From positions 67,833,781-67,897,780 of the forward strand of contig NC_090397.1 of the NCBI RefSeq assembly GCF_036365525.1: a stretch of 64,000 nucleotides of DNA. The letters run 5' to 3'. The number at the start of each line of letters is the position of its first letter. Position 1 is the stretch's first letter. Below the pieces are notes generated by a model. That model was not told the DNA's origin and ran no database searches. It saw nothing but the letters and a program-made list of their open reading frames with translations. Origin of the DNA: Heterodontus francisci (lineage: Eukaryota). Position numbers and translations under genes: made by a program. Shown here one piece after another: positions 1-11,789 of the stretch.

Positions 1-282
1 AGACAGCAACCTATGGATATTCAGATTTAACTGCACATCTACCCCTCTGCCTGAAGTCACTGGACCATTTATCCATAAATAACTGCGAACAGCATTAGCC
101 TTAACATTCATGGAAAGCAAAATCTGGCCCATTCTTTAAGAAGAAAAGTTTCTTGCAAAAAATATTGCATGTTGATCTGGTTATAAAACATTTAGCAATA
201 CCAGCACACAATTGTTTTAATCCAGCAGTCATAGGGCTCAGAAGGTCGAAATATTTCTATCACTTCACTTTGTAGAAAAAAC

Positions 283-428
283 AGAAAAGCCAAAAAGAGA
301 CATGCTGTCGAAGCTTTTTATAAATTGCTGCTCCCTTTGAAATGTGGCATTCTTGCACTCATCAGGATAGATGCAAGACAAAAAGCTTTGACAGCATGTC
401 TCTTTTCTCAGCAATAGAAAAGCCAAAA
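283..428. mobile_element. Short Penelope-type insertion with 27-bp inverted arms and 13-bp flanking direct repeat
   Basis: AGAAAAGCCAAAA at 283-295 and 416-428; arms 293-319 and 380-406; CTGATGA on the minus strand inside an inner hairpin. Confidence 0.6.
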
Positions 429-598
429 TTCACTTTCTGACTTCCAAAGTCTGTAGCTAGCAGCAGAAATTTATTTCTGCAGTTTGGTAGACAAAATTGC
501 CAATTCATCAAGAATCTGTGTAAGTCAGACAGTTTACTCCCTTCAAAAGAAAAGAGCTTGAGTGAATTTCTAACAATCATCTCAGACCCTGACTTGTC

Positions 599-1518
599 AT
601 CTAGGTATTCTGAAACACAATGGAATCAATGTTGATGTATGATGCTGACATTTGTTATGAAATTGGAAAACTGGATGACACCTGCAAAGACTACGGTCAG
701 CTGCAAATACCACATTCCCAATGAGACTTATAGACACAATAACCACAGTAATGAAGTCTAGAAGGCTAACACTTGCTGGCCATTCCTTCAGAACAAAATC
801 TTAAACAACTCAGTTAGATCACCCCCTAATCTTCTACGCAAAAATTCAATTGTCCATAATCTTTATTTTACAATTAACTACCTCCTTGAAGCTTTGACTA
901 CCCTTTGATTGATTAATAAGAAATATTTATGCATTCTCACAGCATGTTCATTACAATGTTTCTCTGTGAATGCATCTTTCTGTGCGTTGAGTAGTTAGAA
1001 TTATTGCATGTTAATTAAATAATTATTTTCTTTCAATATGCTGTGATCTTTAAAATGAAGTTAGGAAAATGAGGAGGTTGGAGATCAGGTAGTAATCTGC
1101 TTTGAATTAAAAAATAAACTGTAAATGCTGGAAATCTGAAATACAAACAGGAAATGCTGGAAATGCACAGCAGGCTCAGCATCTGCAAAGAGAAAAGACA
1201 AGTTAAAGTTTAGGATGATGATCCTTTACCAAAACTGGAAACTGGTAGGTCAGTGAGCCCCTCAATGGAGGATGTCCAACCTTTCAGAGCTGCATAAAAA
1301 TCAGTGACTGAGCCACATATAATTACATACAAATGCAAGTCCCAATATACATCAGTGCAAGCCCCCAACAAAACATTCCCAAGGCCTTCCACACACACAA
1401 AGTGCAAGACTTCCCAAGACACGCAAGAAGCAAGACTCCTGAAAAATTCTGAGACCACATGCAAACGAAAACATGGAGGAACAAGGGCAACAGGCGCATG
1501 GGAACACCACCACCTGCA
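599..1518. repeat. Copy A of an inverted duplication (partner 45049-46422), in RBM17 intron 6
   Basis: Collinear reverse-complement matches, e.g. CTAGGTATTCTGAA, CCTCCTTGAAGCTTTGACT, GAGGAGGTTGGAGATCAGGTAGTAATCTGCTTTGAA, CCCAATATACATCAGTGCAAGCCC. Confidence 0.92.
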
Positions 1519-1619
1519 GCACCTGTACTGTAGGAAATATATCCTTGTAAAATGTTTAACCAACATCAGAGAAAGATATTTGATAATAAATTGAGTTTAG
1601 TGTTATTTGTTGTACATAC

Positions 1620-1676
1620 GTTCTTTGTCTTTTTCAACAAGTGACGAAGGTGGGGCAATTGCTGCTCCTCCCATAC
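1620..1676 (-). CDS. RBM17: RBM17 coding exon, (S)MGGAAIAPPSSLVEKDKE; G-patch and UHM exons lie beyond the left window edge
   Basis: 57 nt; TTTTAG| acceptor and C|GTATGT donor. Matches SPF45 SMGGAAIAPP. Confidence 0.96.
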
Positions 1677-1807
1677 CTAAAATACAACAAAATAAAGAAC
1701 TTCAACTGATGAAAACCTTTGTTTGAACAGAAATAAATGGCGATCTCTGAGTGAAAAGAAATTAAAACAGTCACAACACCATGCTGCAAAGAACAAGATG
1801 CACCTAC

Positions 1808-1911
1808 TTCTTTTTCGCCTTTCTTTTTCTCTTTCATCATCATCTTCATCCGAGTCTGGATCTGGTCGTCTCGCGAACCCACTAGGTTGTTCATGTCTCT
1901 CCTTCCTTCGC
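1808..1911 (-). CDS. RBM17: RBM17 coding exon, RRKERHEQPSGFARRPDPDSDEDDDEREKERRKR(S)
   Basis: 104 nt; CCAG| acceptor and A|GTAGGT donor. Frame is continuous with both flanking exons; matches SPF45 GFARRPDPDSDED. Confidence 0.97.
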
Positions 1912-3404
1912 CTGGATATTTTAATAGAGAAATTGTTACACTTTGACAAGTATACATTGTCTTATTCAAGAATGCAGTAGTGCTGGGTCTAAAGTGGCAT
2001 TATTTAGGGTGAATCATTGAATTACATAGAATCCGCAGCATAGAAACAGCCTATTTGGCCAAACTCATCGATGCCGGTGTTTATGCTCCACACGAGCTTC
2101 CCCCCCCATTTAATTACCTCTTTCTACCCTGGCACCGTATCCCACTATTCCCTACTCCCTCATGCGTCAATCTGCCTCTTCATTGTACTAATGGTTTGTG
2201 CTTCAACCAATCCACGTGGCAGCGAGTTACACTTTCATACAATCCTCTACTGAAAGAAATTCCTTCCAAATTCTTGATTTGATGCAGAAATGGCTGCCTT
2301 AGATTTATACCCCCTTGTTCTGAATTAGTGGAAACAATTTCATCACATCCACCCTATTGAATGCATTCATAATGCTCTACCAGGTCCTCTCAGTCTTCAC
2401 TTTCCACAGAGAGTCCCAGTCTGCTCAGTCTTCCCTAATAGTTACATCCTCTCAATTCTGCTAACATCCTTGTAAATCTTCTTTGCATGTTCTCCAATAT
2501 CCAGCACTTGCAGGAACACTTTTTGTTTCATTGTGGTTAGCCCTTTCTAATTCTGGCCTCACTTGCTTCTTGCTCAGTCCCCGTAAAGTCAAGCTAGAAT
2601 GTTTTCAAAAAAATTGATTTGCTATTTAATATAAAGCAAGTTGCCTTACTCAGCTAAAAAGAAACAGCTGCAAATACAAAATAAAAACAGAGTATGCTGG
2701 AATACACAACAGGTGTACAACTGAAAAGACAAGTTAATGTTTCAGGTGGAGATCTTCTGCCAGAATTTGATTTTGACAAAGGATCTATGTTCTATTCCAG
2801 AAAGCCAGTTGGTGAAGGATAGAACTGCAGTCAATCTTTACACTCATTTATATTTATTTAGAGTTACACATTACAAGTACATACCTCCTAACCCAATAAC
2901 CAGTTTTAAAGTGGCTCAAGTGAATCACTAGTTAATGCCGATCACCTGCATACAATTAACAATCTACACCAATATCCTTATGGACCTGCTGTGTATTTCC
3001 ATCACTGTCTGTTTTTATGACTGAACTCAGCCATTTAAAATGCTGCCCTGTATTTTTTTTCTCTCTAGAAAAACAGAAGGACGAGGGGCAAATAATAGAG
3101 ATCTTTTAAAAATTATTAAAGGGTTTGTAGGGTAGGCATAGAGATGTTTCCACTCGTGGGGGAGATCAAAGCTACCGGGGAGGGGGGGTGCATGAATATA
3201 AGGCAGTCACGAATAAATTCAATAAGGAATTCAAAAGAAACTTCGTTATCCAGGGAGTGTAGAAAGTGGAACTCGCTCACACAAAGAGTAGTTGAAGCAA
3301 ATAGTATAGATGCAGTTAAGGGGAAGCTAGATAAGCACATAAGGGAGAAAGGAATAGAAGGATATGCTGATCGGGTTTTCTTTTTTATTTATTTTTATTT
3401 ATTT

Positions 3405-3715
3405 TATTTATAGATACAGCACTGAAACAGGCCCTTCGGCCCACCGAGTCTGTGCCGACCAACAACCCATTTTATACTAACCCTGCAATAATCCCATATT
3501 CCCTATCACCTACCTACACTAGGGGCAATTTACAATGGCCAATTTACCTATCAACCTGCAAGTCTTTGGCTGTGAGAGGAAACCGGAGCACCCGGAGAAA
3601 ACACATGCGGTCACAGGGAGAACTTGCAAACTCTGCACAGGCAGTACCCAGAATCGAACCCGGGTCGCTGGAGCTGTGAGGCTGCAGTGCTAACCACTGC
3701 ACCACTGTGCCGCCC
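3405..3715 (-). mobile_element. tRNA-derived V-SINE (HE1-like), nested in a CR1 3' fragment (about 3105-3790)
   Basis: Head GGGCGGCACAGTGGTGCAGTGGTTAGCAC with B-box GGTTCGATT; V-domain GGGTGCTCCGGTTTCCTC; CR1-like tail GGGCCGAAGGGCCTGTTTCAGTGCTGTATC. Confidence 0.85.
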
Positions 3716-6208
3716 TGGCTATATGAAGGAGGGCGAGGGGAGGCTCGAGTGCAGCATTAACACTGGCACAAACCAGTTGGGCCGGATGAACTCTTCAAAA
3801 CATTGAAAAAAATTCTGAGCAATACAAATACTGTTGCTCAACATTCCATAACAGCGGAGCACTGGCAATGCTTGTATGGACTGCACAGTTACAATGCTCT
3901 CGTGCACCAGTGTAAATAAGAAGATAGCAAAATTTTGTGCATGCACAATTAAACTAGTGCATCTAGTATAATTTACTGGCCAATGCTGCCTGTGTGGTTT
4001 CTATCAATTGGAATTGGCTTACAGAACCATCAGCGCTATTCAAATGTGGAAAAGGAAACTGCAGATACTGCAGTCTCACTACAGTTACAACCAAGCAAAT
4101 CTGACACTGAAGTCTTTGTAGCCAGTGCCAAAGTTTAAAGTAAATCCCATACGCCAGGGGTTCTCGCCTGTGAGACGATTTCAGGAGATTATAAAGAAAG
4201 CTTACACAAATCGAAACTGATGCTTAGTATGAGTGACTGGATGCAGAATGGTGCTGCCATCCATTGGCTCCCCCAGGAATTACAGCTATAAAAATCTCAC
4301 TGAGCAGAGTTTGAGTCCCTAGTTTATTCAATTTATTTGAGAGTTCCCAAGTGCTCCTCGCCCTGAACTACACAGGGGTAGAGATTTGATACATGGGCAA
4401 TTTCCCTTAAGCTGGAAGCCTATATAATTGGGTCTGGTGAACAAGTAGATTAAACTATCACTCAGGTTCATTGATGTATAAAATCACAGAATGGTTACAG
4501 CACAGAAAGAGGCCATTCAGCCCAGCCTCCGCGCCAACTCTCTGCAAGAGCAACTCAGCAACTCCCCTGTCCTTTCCCTGTAGCCCTGCAAATTTATCTC
4601 TCTTCAAGTGCTTATCCAATTCCCTTTTGAAAGCCACAAGTGAATCTGATTTACTTGTTTCACAATGTCAAACCTGAAACTTTCCACCTCTACTGCAAAA
4701 TGTCCACAACAGAACATCGGAACTTAGTCACGGGGTGATGAAAATCTCTTTCACACAAGTATTCAATTTTCCAAGTATAAAGAAAAGCCCAGTGGCCTCT
4801 TAGAATCAATATTAAATGTAACACTCCAAATAAAAAAAGGGAATATTCTGAGGGAGAGTAAAGCAAAAATTTGAGCTCTTCAGATCCTTCAAGGAAGCAT
4901 GACAATTAAAGACACCAACAGATTAGTGTAGAGCTAGACACTGCTGTGCCGGTGCAGAATGGAGGAGGGGCAACAGAAAGATCAATGTTCCCAATAAATC
5001 AGTGACAAGAAACAGACTGTCCAGATACGAATTCCAAACTCTACCCCCAACAAAGACAGACTCTATTGATCTGAGTGCAGGGGTGCACATTGACAGAATA
5101 CTATGAAGAGAGAGTGGCCAAGCATCACGTTGGAGTTGGCCCAGGGCTGTTGCCCAATGCAGATCACTGGATGGTTCTTGCTGGTTTGTTCTCCAGGTAA
5201 CGGCCCCAGAAGCTGTTCTCCCAAATCGCAGAGCTTCCCCTTCAGCCATAGATGGGGCAACTGCCTTCAGTAAGACACATGGGGTTACACAGGACCAATA
5301 GCAGGGCGTCAACCACCTTTCTGGTCTCAATGCTTAATTTCAGTGCCATTTACCAGGATCACGAACCACCAAGTACAACATAGGAAATGCATGGCCTGGC
5401 CCCAAGTTAGGGGTTTAGCAGAGGTATCCTCACTTTGGGATTGATCCTCCCCAGTTACCCAATCCCAATATGCTTTTACCCAGAGTTTTCCCTCCATGAA
5501 ACGAGTTCCCTTTTTCGCCTGAAATCTACCTCATAACTTGGCTCATGGATCTGGTAACTGGAGCACAGATTGAAGATCTCCATGCCTTGACAGAACTGGT
5601 GCTCAGAACCAACAGCAGGCTTCATATTAAGTAAAGCAAAAATACATGTTTAATTGTATAGCTAGTTTTAATACAGAGAAATACACATGTTGTGTTACAG
5701 GGGCCCATCAAACTTGTGTAACACAGGCGGGGGGGGGGGGGGAGAAACCTGAGAAGCAAAAAGATTGAGAACCCCCGTCACACATGACTCTATATTCTTG
5801 TTGAACCATTTCTCTGCAAAATGTCTACCCAAACCCTCCTGATATGCCTCCAGTGCCTTATGCAAAAAGCTTGAAACTAAGCTGCTGTTTAGATTTTCAT
5901 GTAGAGAATTCCCAGATAGCACAGAGCAAGCTGCAAGCAAAAGTTGGAACATAAAAGCAATGCTGAAACTTCAAAACAGGCTCAGTTGGGTAATCTCACA
6001 CATCATGTTATGGAACCAATGTCATGGCTTCTGAGGAGGAGAAATAGACAGTTTTGTTGATGTTAAGAAAATTTCAAAATTGTTACATTCAAAGCCTCAA
6101 CCTATACGAACAGCTAATGCAACAGGTACACATTTTTGGTGAGCTAATAGTCTGGTACTTTTCCTCCAAAGACTAGATGAAAACATTTGCAGCTTTCCAA
6201 ATACTCAC

Positions 6209-6375
6209 TTTTCCCTTTCTTCAATTTCTTTCTGTCGCTCCAGCTCACGCTGTCGTTGTCTGTCCTCACGCTGCCGTTTTACAACTTTCTCATAGTCATT
6301 GGGGTACATGGGGTCATATTCATCAGCTAGTGGGATCAAGACCTCTCCTGTAGAGAATCCACTTGGTACAGGATC
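6209..6375 (-). CDS. RBM17: RBM17 coding exon, DPVPSGFSTGEVLIPLADEYDPMYPNDYEKVVKRQREDRQRQRELERQKEIEERE(K)
   Basis: Contains the SF45 motif EYDPxxPNDYE. 167 nt; TTTCAAG| acceptor and AA|GTGAGT donor (phase 2). Confidence 0.98.
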
Positions 6376-7104
6376 CTTGAAAGGAGCAACAATATTTGTG
6401 ACCCTCCTCAGATGGTTAAATATGCTACCTACATGATACATGAATAGTCGTGTGAGGTCAGCACTTACTAAACACAACCCCAGCTGGAGTCACAGCCTTC
6501 AGATCAGGTGGTGATAAAATTGGGTAAAAACGGAAATGTCATGCAAGTATTTCAATTCACCTGCCAGTATCAACATCAAATCATACTGTACTGATATCAT
6601 CCCCATTGAATAATATCTTTATATTGCGTAGCATGACAGAGCAGGTTCAAAGGATTGAATGGCCTACTCCTGCTCCTATTTCCTATGCTCCCTATGACAC
6701 ATTCTAATTACTACAACTGATTTTCTCTCAAGAATTCATTTTTACAAATGTTTTGTTCTAAAACATGAAACACCAAAATGTTTAAAGTATTTCTATTTGT
6801 TATAATAAAGAATCCCACCCACAGTATTAACACTTGTCTCTCACATGCTATCTAGCCTCCTACTTTGCACTTCTAGAACATCCTGTACTATTTCTAATTT
6901 CCTTTTTAACCTCATCCCATCCCTTGTGGATGCAACCTGCACTTGTAGATGACAGGTAAACCTTAAATAGGCAAATTTGAGAAGCCAACGCACGTTCTTT
7001 GCTTTTGTTCAAAATAAAATGTAACTCAAACCCCTCTGTGTTGGCTGATCTGAGCCGGCGTGCTGGTAAGAGAGCTTATCAAAAGTCTTAAAGGACTTAA
7101 AGGA

Positions 7105-8270
7105 GCCAACCACCCAGGGCTTTCATTTTTTGAGGATGTTACTTGTAGCATAGCTAAAGGAGAGTCAGTGGATGTGGGATATTTGGATTTTCAGAAGGCT
7201 TTTGATAAGGTCCCACACAGGTTAGTAAACAAAATTAGAGCACATGGGATTGGGGATAATATACTGCAATGGATTAAGAATTGGTTACAGACAGAAAGCA
7301 GAGAGTAGGAATAAATGGATCATTCTCAGGATGGCAAGCTGTTACTAGTGGGGTACCGCAAGGATCAGTGCTTGGGCCACAGCTGTGTTCACAATCTATA
7401 TAAACGACTTGGATATGGGGACCAATTGTAATATTTCTAAATTTGCGGATGACACAAAACTAGGAGGGAATGTAAGTTGTGAGGAGGATGTAAGGAGGCT
7501 TCAAGGGCATTTGGACAGGCTAAGTGAATGGTCAAGAACATGACAGATGGAATATAATGGTGAGAGGTTGGGAAGTGTTGACGTCCAGAGAGACCTGGGT
7601 GTCCTTGTTCATGAGTCACTAAAAGCTGGTATGCAGGTGCAGCAAGCAATTAAGGCAAATGGTATGTTGGTCTTCATTGCAAGGAGATTTGAACACAGGA
7701 GTAAAGATATATTGATTCAGTTGTATAAAGGCTTGGTGAGATTGCACCTGGAGTATTTGTGTACAGTTTTGGTCTCCTTACCTAAGGAAGGATATTCTTG
7801 CCATAGAGCGAGTACAACGGAGGTTCACCAGACTAACCCGGTATGGTGGGATTGTCTTATGAGATTGCAGAAACTGGGCCTGTATTCTCTAGAGTTTCAA
7901 AGAATGAGAAGTGATCATTAAAACTTACAAAATTCCTCCAGTGCAGATGTAGATAGGATGTTTCCTCAGGTTGGTGAGTCTAGAACAGTATCAGAATAAG
8001 GGGCAGGCTGTTCAAGACTGTGATGAGAAGGAAGTTCTTTACTCAGAGGATGGTGAATCTGTGGAATTCTCTACCCCAGAGGGCTGTGGAAGCTCAATCA
8101 TTGAGCACGTTCAAGACAGAAATCAATAGATTTCTGAACACTAACATCAAGGGATATGCAGATATTGGGGAAAAAAATGGCGTAAAGGTAGATGATCAGC
8201 CATGATCTGCTTGAATGGCGGAACAGGCTTGATGGGCCAAATGGCCTACTCCTGCTCCTATTTCCCATGA
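7105..8270 (+). mobile_element. CR1 LINE 3' fragment (degenerate RT), antisense within RBM17 intron 3
   Basis: YLDFQKAFDKVPH, GVPQGSVLGP, KFADD, RDLGVLV and FFTQRMVNLWNSLP motifs with frameshifts. Confidence 0.95.
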
Positions 8271-8336
8271 TCTCCAGTGAATCAGTCCTGGCCTCGGTGT
8301 TCCCTCAAGCTCTTTAGACTTGAGAGAGATTCTTAC

Positions 8337-8453
8337 CTTTAAACCAGATGCTATATGAGGTGGCGTATCAACAATCTGTCTGTCTTCCCCAGAGCTGCCT
8401 CGCTTTAAGTCGATTACTGGAGCTAAAACAGTGCTCTGCTTTGAACGTTGGGT
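8337..8453 (-). CDS. RBM17: RBM17 coding exon, TQRSKQSTVLAPVIDLKRGSSGEDRQIVDTPPHIASGLK
   Basis: Translated by hand; not in the ORF track. 117 nt, phase 0/0, TTATAG| acceptor and |GTAAGA donor. Matches SPF45 STVLAPVIDLKR. Confidence 0.97.
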
Positions 8454-9416
8454 CTATAAACAAAGGTAGACACGAATTAGAACCAGTAGCACTTTCCAGC
8501 AAAACAAAGTCTTCCCACTGAAAAGATGGAAAATACTGAAAAGATAGAAAATGTACAGATCTTTAATAAATCATCCCGCCACAATTCATCTGACAGTAAC
8601 ATCTCTCTTGCTGATTAACACTATCGCAGACAAAAACTATAAACTGTGTGAATAACCAAATAGTGATAAAAGTCAATTAGAGTGCTTTATCAAAAAATAG
8701 CACATCATTTTGCTTTTTAAAATGATTTCCTATTCTCTTTATCTGCTCACCACATTATGCACCTTTGTTCTGCCATAAAGTGGCACCAGCGACCTACTTC
8801 CAGTCATCAACTGACCTCCAGGATTTGTACTCAAGCCAACTCTTCCTGAATTACTCAGCAATTTTCTCTCGCTCTCTATAGCAAAGTGCTGGATGAAGAC
8901 CTGACACACTCCTCTTCTTAGGCAGTCCCTCGGGAATGAGGATGACTTTCTTCCACTCCAGGGTTGTGAGTCCTTAGGTGACTGAATAGTCCAATTCTGG
9001 ATCCGCACACTCTGCCACAGGTGGCAGAAACTGGAAGCATCACGAGCCACAAAGGCGCAGGATTCAGTTCATACCTGTTTATTGCAATCTCACCCATGAC
9101 GCCATATCAAGTGTTGAGCAAATATTTGGCACAAGACGAAGACAAAAATCCAGAACAAGATTCAACACATTTTAGTGGCTGATGTCAAAGCTAAATGCAG
9201 AAACAGTTCCCTACTCAGACAAGCCAGATGCACAACACAGCAAGATCGAAGAAAATACCTCTTAGGGAGCGTTGTCTAACAGTTGTACGTTGTACCATTC
9301 AGTACAAAAATGTGAATGACAGATTAAAAGTCTCCTTTATTTAGCAACATTTGATAGGAGACAGCTATACTTCGAACCTGACTTGAAAGCAAAGAGCTGA
9401 AAAATAAAGGTATTAC

Positions 9417-9539
9417 CTTTGCTTGTGTAAGTGTCGCTTTCTTCACTTGCAGCTGAGACTGAAGGAGTTTGAAGTTTTTTGACCAGCCCTCCGTCTTTGA
9501 GTCACTGGTCTCCACACCCAAGTCATCATAAAGAGACAT
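9417..9539 (-). CDS. RBM17: RBM17 (splicing factor 45) first coding exon, MSLYDDLGVETSDSKTEGWSKNFKLLQSQLQVKKATLTQAK
   Basis: Near-identical to the vertebrate SPF45 N-terminus. 123 coding nt; acceptor TGTAG| 18 nt upstream of the ATG (exon starts 9557); donor AAG|GTAATA. Confidence 0.98.
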
Positions 9540-9595
9540 TGTGTCTTCTCTTTACAGCTACAACAAACAGAAAATAAAATCACAGCTTAATCAAG

Positions 9596-11743
9596 GAGAT
9601 GGAAGGTGGGGGGGGGGGGGGGGGAGAGAGATGGAAGGGGGGGGGGGGAGATGGAAGGGGGGGGGGAGAGATGGAAGGGGGGGGGAGAGATGGAAGGGGG
9701 GGGAGAGATGGAAGGGGGGGGGGGGAGAGATGGAAGGGGGGGGGGAGAGATGGAAGGGGGGGGGGGAGAGATGGAAGGGGGGGGGGAGAGATGGAAGGGG
9801 GGGGGGGAGAGATGGAAGGGGGGGGGAGAGATGGAAAGGGGGGGGGAGAGATGGAAGGGGGGGGGGAGAGATGGAAGGGGGGGGGGGAGAGATGGAAGGG
9901 GGGGGGGAGAGATGGAAGGGGGGGGGGAGAGATGGAAGGGGGGGGGGGAGAGATGGAAGGGGGGGGGGGAGAGATGGAAGGGGGGGGGGGAGAGATGGAA
10001 GGGGGGGGGGAGAGATGGAAGGGGGGGGGAGAGATGGAAGGGGGGGGGAGAGATGGAAGGGGGGGGGAGAGATGGAAGGGGGGGGGGGGAGAGATGGAAG
10101 GGGGGGGGGGGAGAGATGGAAGGGGGGGGGGGAGAGATGGAAGGGGGGGGGGGAGAGATGGAAGGGGGGGGGGAGAGATGGAAGGGGGGGGGGAGAGATG
10201 GAAGGGGGGGGGGAGAGATGGAAGGGGGGGGGAGAGATGGAAGGGGGGGGGGAGAGATGGAAGGGGGGGGGGAGAGATGGAAGGGGGGGGGGAGAGATGG
10301 AAGGGGGGGGGGAGAGATGGAAGGGGGGGGGGAGAGATGGAAGGGGGGGGGGAGAGATGGAAGGGGGGGGGGAGAGATGGAAGGGGGGGGGGAGAGATGG
10401 AAGGGGGGGGGGAGAGATGGAAGGGGGGGGGAGAGATGGAAGGGGGGGGGAGAGATGGAAGGGGGGGGGGAGAGATGGAAGGGGGGGGGGAGAGATGGAA
10501 GGGGGGGGGGAGAGATGGAAGGGGGGGGGGAGAGATGGAAGGGGGGGGGGAGAGATGGAAGGGGGGGGGGAGAGATGGAAGGGGGGGGGGAGAGATGGAA
10601 GGGGGGGGGAGAGATGGAAGGGGGGGGGAGAGATGGAAGGGGGGGGGAGAGATGGAAGGGGGGGGGGAGAGATGGAAGGGGGGGGGGAGAGATGGAAGGG
10701 GGGGGGGAGAGATGGAAGGGGGGGGGGGAGAGATGGAAGGGGGGGGGGAGAGATGGAAGGGGGGGGGAGAGATGGAAGGGGGGGGGGAGAGATGGAAGGG
10801 GGGGGAGGAGAGATGGAAGGGGGGGGAGAGATGGAAGGGGGGGGAGAGATGGAAGGGGGGGGAGAGAGATGGAAGGGGGGGGGGAGAGATGGAAGGGGGG
10901 GGGGAGAGATGGAAGGGGGGGGAGAGAGATGGAAGGGGGGGGAGAGATGGAAGGGGGGGGAGAGATGGAAGGGGGGGGGGGGAGAGATGGAAGGGGGGGG
11001 GAGAGATGGAAGGGGGGGGGGGGAGAGATGGAAGGGGGGGGGGAGAGATGGAAGGGGGGGGGGAGAGATGGAAGGGGGGGGAGAGAGATGGAAGGGGGGG
11101 GGGAGAGATGGAAGGGGGGGGGGGAGAGATGGAAGGGGGGGGGGGGAGAGATGGAAGGGGGGGGAGAGAGATGGAAGGGGGGGAGAGAGATGGAAGGGGG
11201 GGGGGAGAGATGGAAGGGGGGGGGGAGAGATGGAAGGGGGGGGGGAGAGATGGAAGGGGGGGGAGAGAGATGGAAGGGGGGGGGGAGAGATGGAAGGGGG
11301 GGGGGGGAGAGATGGAAGGGGGGGGGGGAGAGATGGAAGGGGGGGGGGGAGAGATGGAAGGGGGGGGGGAGAGATGGAAGGGGGGGGAGAGATGGAAGGG
11401 GGGGGAGAGATGGAAGGGGGGGGGGAGAGATGGAAGGGGGGGGAGAGATGGAAGGGGGGGGAGAGATGGAAGGGGGGGGGGAGAGATGGAAGGGGGGGGG
11501 AGAGATGGAAGGGGGGGGGGAGAGATGGAAGGGGGGGGGGAGAGATGGAAGGGGGGGGGGAAGAGATGGAAGGGGGGGGGGGAGAGATGGAAGGGGGGGG
11601 GGAGAGATGGAAGGGGGGGGGGGAGAGATGGAAGGGGGGGGGGGAGAGATGGAAGGGGGGGGGGGAGAGATGGAAGGGGGGGGGGAGAGATGGAAGGGGG
11701 GGGGGAGAGATGGAAGGGGGGGGGAGAGATGGAAGGGGGGGGG
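9596..11743 (+). repeat. Tandem minisatellite (GAGAGATGGAA-Gn), unit about 20 bp, roughly 105-110 copies
   Basis: Directly visible. Variation is almost entirely in G-run length; no C on the plus strand. Confidence 0.99.
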
Positions 11744-11789
11744 TTTCTCAGCCTCGCTTCCCAATGAACAGAATCGGAATTGAGGCCTG

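Noticed and set aside
4923-5640. 135-aa ORF and GC-richer segment in RBM17 intron 4 (possible poison exon)
   Set aside because: No recognisable protein motif or clear splice-site pair; more likely an old repeat.
9596-11743. CRISPR-like periodic array
   Set aside because: No unique spacers, no cas genes, and a eukaryotic intron context.
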